A stretch of 64,000 bases of DNA, from IMG/VR virus record IMGVR_UViG_3300032093_000089, positions 6,297 to 70,296 of that record; one strand, written 5' to 3'. Shown one piece after another: positions 62,024 through 64,000 of this stretch. Origin of the DNA: a virus. The notes under the pieces were generated by a model. That model was given only the letters and a program-made list of their open reading frames with translations. It was not told the origin of the DNA and did not search any database. Numbering within the stretch: position 1 is the first letter of the stretch; the number at the start of each line of letters is the position of its first letter. The position numbers and the translations under genes were made by a program.

Positions 62024-64000
62024 TAGATCAAACCTTGCTTAAAACGAGTGAGGAAACTTTCAGCCGCGCCAGGCTCATTCGATAATTGTAGCGTCCGCAA
62101 CCTGGTTGAAACATCTGCAGAAGCACGTCTCTTCAGTTGTTGTTCAGCGTTGTATTTATCAACATCACTACCGTACATGCTGAGTTCACCAAGCTGTTCA
62201 TTTGAAAGTTTGGAATAAGGATTGGGCAGATCTTCTAACCTAGGTTTACCCGTTAAATCGGTAGGACGACGTTCTGCGGCAGCCGAATATTCATAACCAA
62301 GATCACCATAATCAGATTCACCAAACTCACCTTGTTTACGTACGGCGCCAGATGCGTACTTACGCTCCAGGCCATAAACGCCCATGCCACCACCTTCTTC
62401 TTCAATATCCTCACGGGTGATGCGACCCATGCCACGAATACCACCTTCGTATCCGGCTTGCTGAGAAGCAGGTTTTCCAACGCGTTCAACATCGCCCTGC
62501 CTCATGGGTTCGACGGAACCAATATTCTCAACAACCGAAAGTGCGCTTGGCATACCCACACGTTCAATGCGACGGGTTTCTTCCTGTAATGGCGCCATCA
62601 CTTCCCGGCCTTCGGGGAAGTTTGCCCGCATGTTCTCCAGAAGTTGCTTCTCCAGTGCTTGGCCCGCGAATCCTTCAGCAGCTAAGCGACGGCGCTCATC
62701 ACCACTGCGGGTACGTGCCACGTCAACTGGATCGATCTCACCCTGCTCTTCACGAATGATACGCTCAGCTGTGTTCTTCAGCTCCATGGCGCGGGCAATA
62801 CGCTCATTCACTTGAGCAGTTTGACGACGGTTCTCAGGGCCGTAGTCGTAATCCAAATCAACTTCCTGTGCACGCAAATAACGCTTACCTTGATCTAGAA
62901 GTTGACCAAGGCGTCCTGCAGATTCAGCTTGATCTACCGGAATACCATCAGGTGTCATTGATGCCGCAACATCAATACTGCCGGTTTGATCTTCTAATTG
63001 GTCAATAACACCAATGTTGAGGTGTTCGTTGCGTTGCAACTGTTGCCGCATTCGGCCAGTCGTCTGATCTTCGCCTGATTCCAAGGCATTGATTGCTTGA
63101 TCAACATTGAACGGACGTTTGGTTTGTTGTGTTTCAACCAAAGAATCACCACGGAGTTCGTCCATGATTCGCAGAGCTTTACCCTGCAACTCCATTTGAT
63201 ATTCACGGACAGAAGAACGAACGCGCTGATCAGTACGCGCTTGCCGCTCCACGAGTTGATTATATTCCAGGAGCAGTCGATCAGCTATATCGCCTTCCGG
63301 TTCTGCTGCCTGTTGTACGTATTTAAATAAGTTTTGTTGCGCAGGTGCTGCCGATAATGGCCGAGATTCAGCCTGTGCTACCAATTCACCTGCTTCTTCG
63401 GCTGAAACTGCGGCAGGTGCACGCAATTCCATCAAAGTTGCCTTGACACCAGGGATTTCTGGTTGGGTTACGCCACGACGTGATGCTGCTGCCTGCAATA
63501 AACCTTCAGTGGCTGCTTGACGGCGAGCATCTGCTACTTGCTTTGCCACCATCTCCTTAGGATCGGGGCGGTAAGCAACAAACTCCTCTTCTGCTGCCGG
63601 AAGCCCCCGATTAAGGCGTCCACCGTAAGCGGCATATTCTTCAAACTCATTAACGGTTTCAGGAAAACGTCCTTTTGCCCCAAGAAATCCACGAAGGTCC
63701 TGAAGAGAAGAAGTTGTTTCCTGATCCGGCTCAAATAACGGACCGCGATAAGAAGTGGGGGCTGGACCGCTCCAGGGATCAACAACACCCGGGCCTGTTT
63801 TACCTCGCGGAGGTGCAGACGGCGGCGTGATGTCGCGAACTACAACTGGAATCGGTTGGGTGGGAGGCCGGGGAGTGGGCGGCCGCGCGGTTTGGGCTCC
63901 GGACTGCTGGGTGACACCCCTGAACTGAGGCACGGGCTGGGCTGCACGCCGCACCACATCCTCCTGCACCGGCACGTTGACCGGGGTTACGGCCTGTCTA
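62023..64000 (-). CDS. large E/R/Q-rich protein, 5'-truncated by window end
   Basis: Frame stays open past GTG 63975 to the window edge. Confidence 0.7.
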   Translation of the reverse strand, partial: RQAVTPVNVPVQEDVVRRAAQPVPQFRGVTQQSGAQTARPPTPRPPTQPIPVVVRDITPPSAPPRGKTGPGVVDPWSGPAPTSYRGPLFEPDQETTSSLQDLRGFLGAKGRFPETVNEFEEYAAYGGRLNRGLPAAEEEFVAYRPDPKEMVAKQVADARRQAATEGLLQAAASRRGVTQPEIPGVKATLMELRAPAAVSAEEAGELVAQAESRPLSAAPAQQNLFKYVQQAAEPEGDIADRLLLEYNQLVERQARTDQRVRSSVREYQMELQGKALRIMDELRGDSLVETQQTKRPFNVDQAINALESGEDQTTGRMRQQLQRNEHLNIGVIDQLEDQTGSIDVAASMTPDGIPVDQAESAGRLGQLLDQGKRYLRAQEVDLDYDYGPENRRQTAQVNERIARAMELKNTAERIIREEQGEIDPVDVARTRSGDERRRLAAEGFAGQALEKQLLENMRANFPEGREVMAPLQEETRRIERVGMPSALSVVENIGSVEPMRQGDVERVGKPASQQAGYEGGIRGMGRITREDIEEEGGGMGVYGLERKYASGAVRKQGEFGESDYGDLGYEYSAAAERRPTDLTGKPRLEDLPNPYSKLSNEQLGELSMYGSDVDKYNAEQQLKRRASADVSTRLRTLQLSNEPGAAESFLTRFKQGLI

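Noticed and set aside
1-64000. Alternative genetic code, reverse transcriptase/DGR, introns or inteins
   Set aside because: Core genes (primase, terL, portal, MCP) are full length in the standard code; no YxDD RT or intein motifs noticed

Overview
64 kb of a tailed dsDNA cyanophage genome. Host evidence: hli, two NblA-like ORFs, a DUF5895-like ORF and cyanobacterial-type dcd and speD. The gene content recalls the freshwater S-EIV1-like lineage, but that is from memory and needs a search. Layout: (i) 1-6.7 kb, + strand small early/recombination genes and a Dps-like ferritin. (ii) 7.0-8.8 kb, - strand ncRNA-rich patch (tRNA-Pro, an aberrant tRNA-like element, two candidate structured RNAs) and small basic proteins. 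(iii) 8.9-14 kb, deoxysugar operon (RmlB, RmlC, RfbH/E1, SDR, GT2) headed by hli. (iv) 14-21 kb, replication block (exonuclease, primase-helicase, speD, a two-fold symmetric ori-like site, HNH, GT4). (v) 22-30 kb, holin, endolysin, two GTs, FkbM and tail fibre. (vi) 30.6-35.4 kb, HTH, degenerate adenine MTase, dcd, DUF3310, nblA, lysozyme. (vii) 35.9-64 kb, - strand virion block (capsid, scaffold, portal, terminase, putative internal proteins). Best candidates for new biology: a phage-encoded dTDP-3,6-dideoxyhexose pathway with four GTs and a methyltransferase; the ncRNA cluster; a catalytically dead mini-integrase/xis pair; a circularly permuted M23 peptidase; a 599-nt portal/scaffold overlap. 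All family calls come from motifs read by eye; no searches were run.
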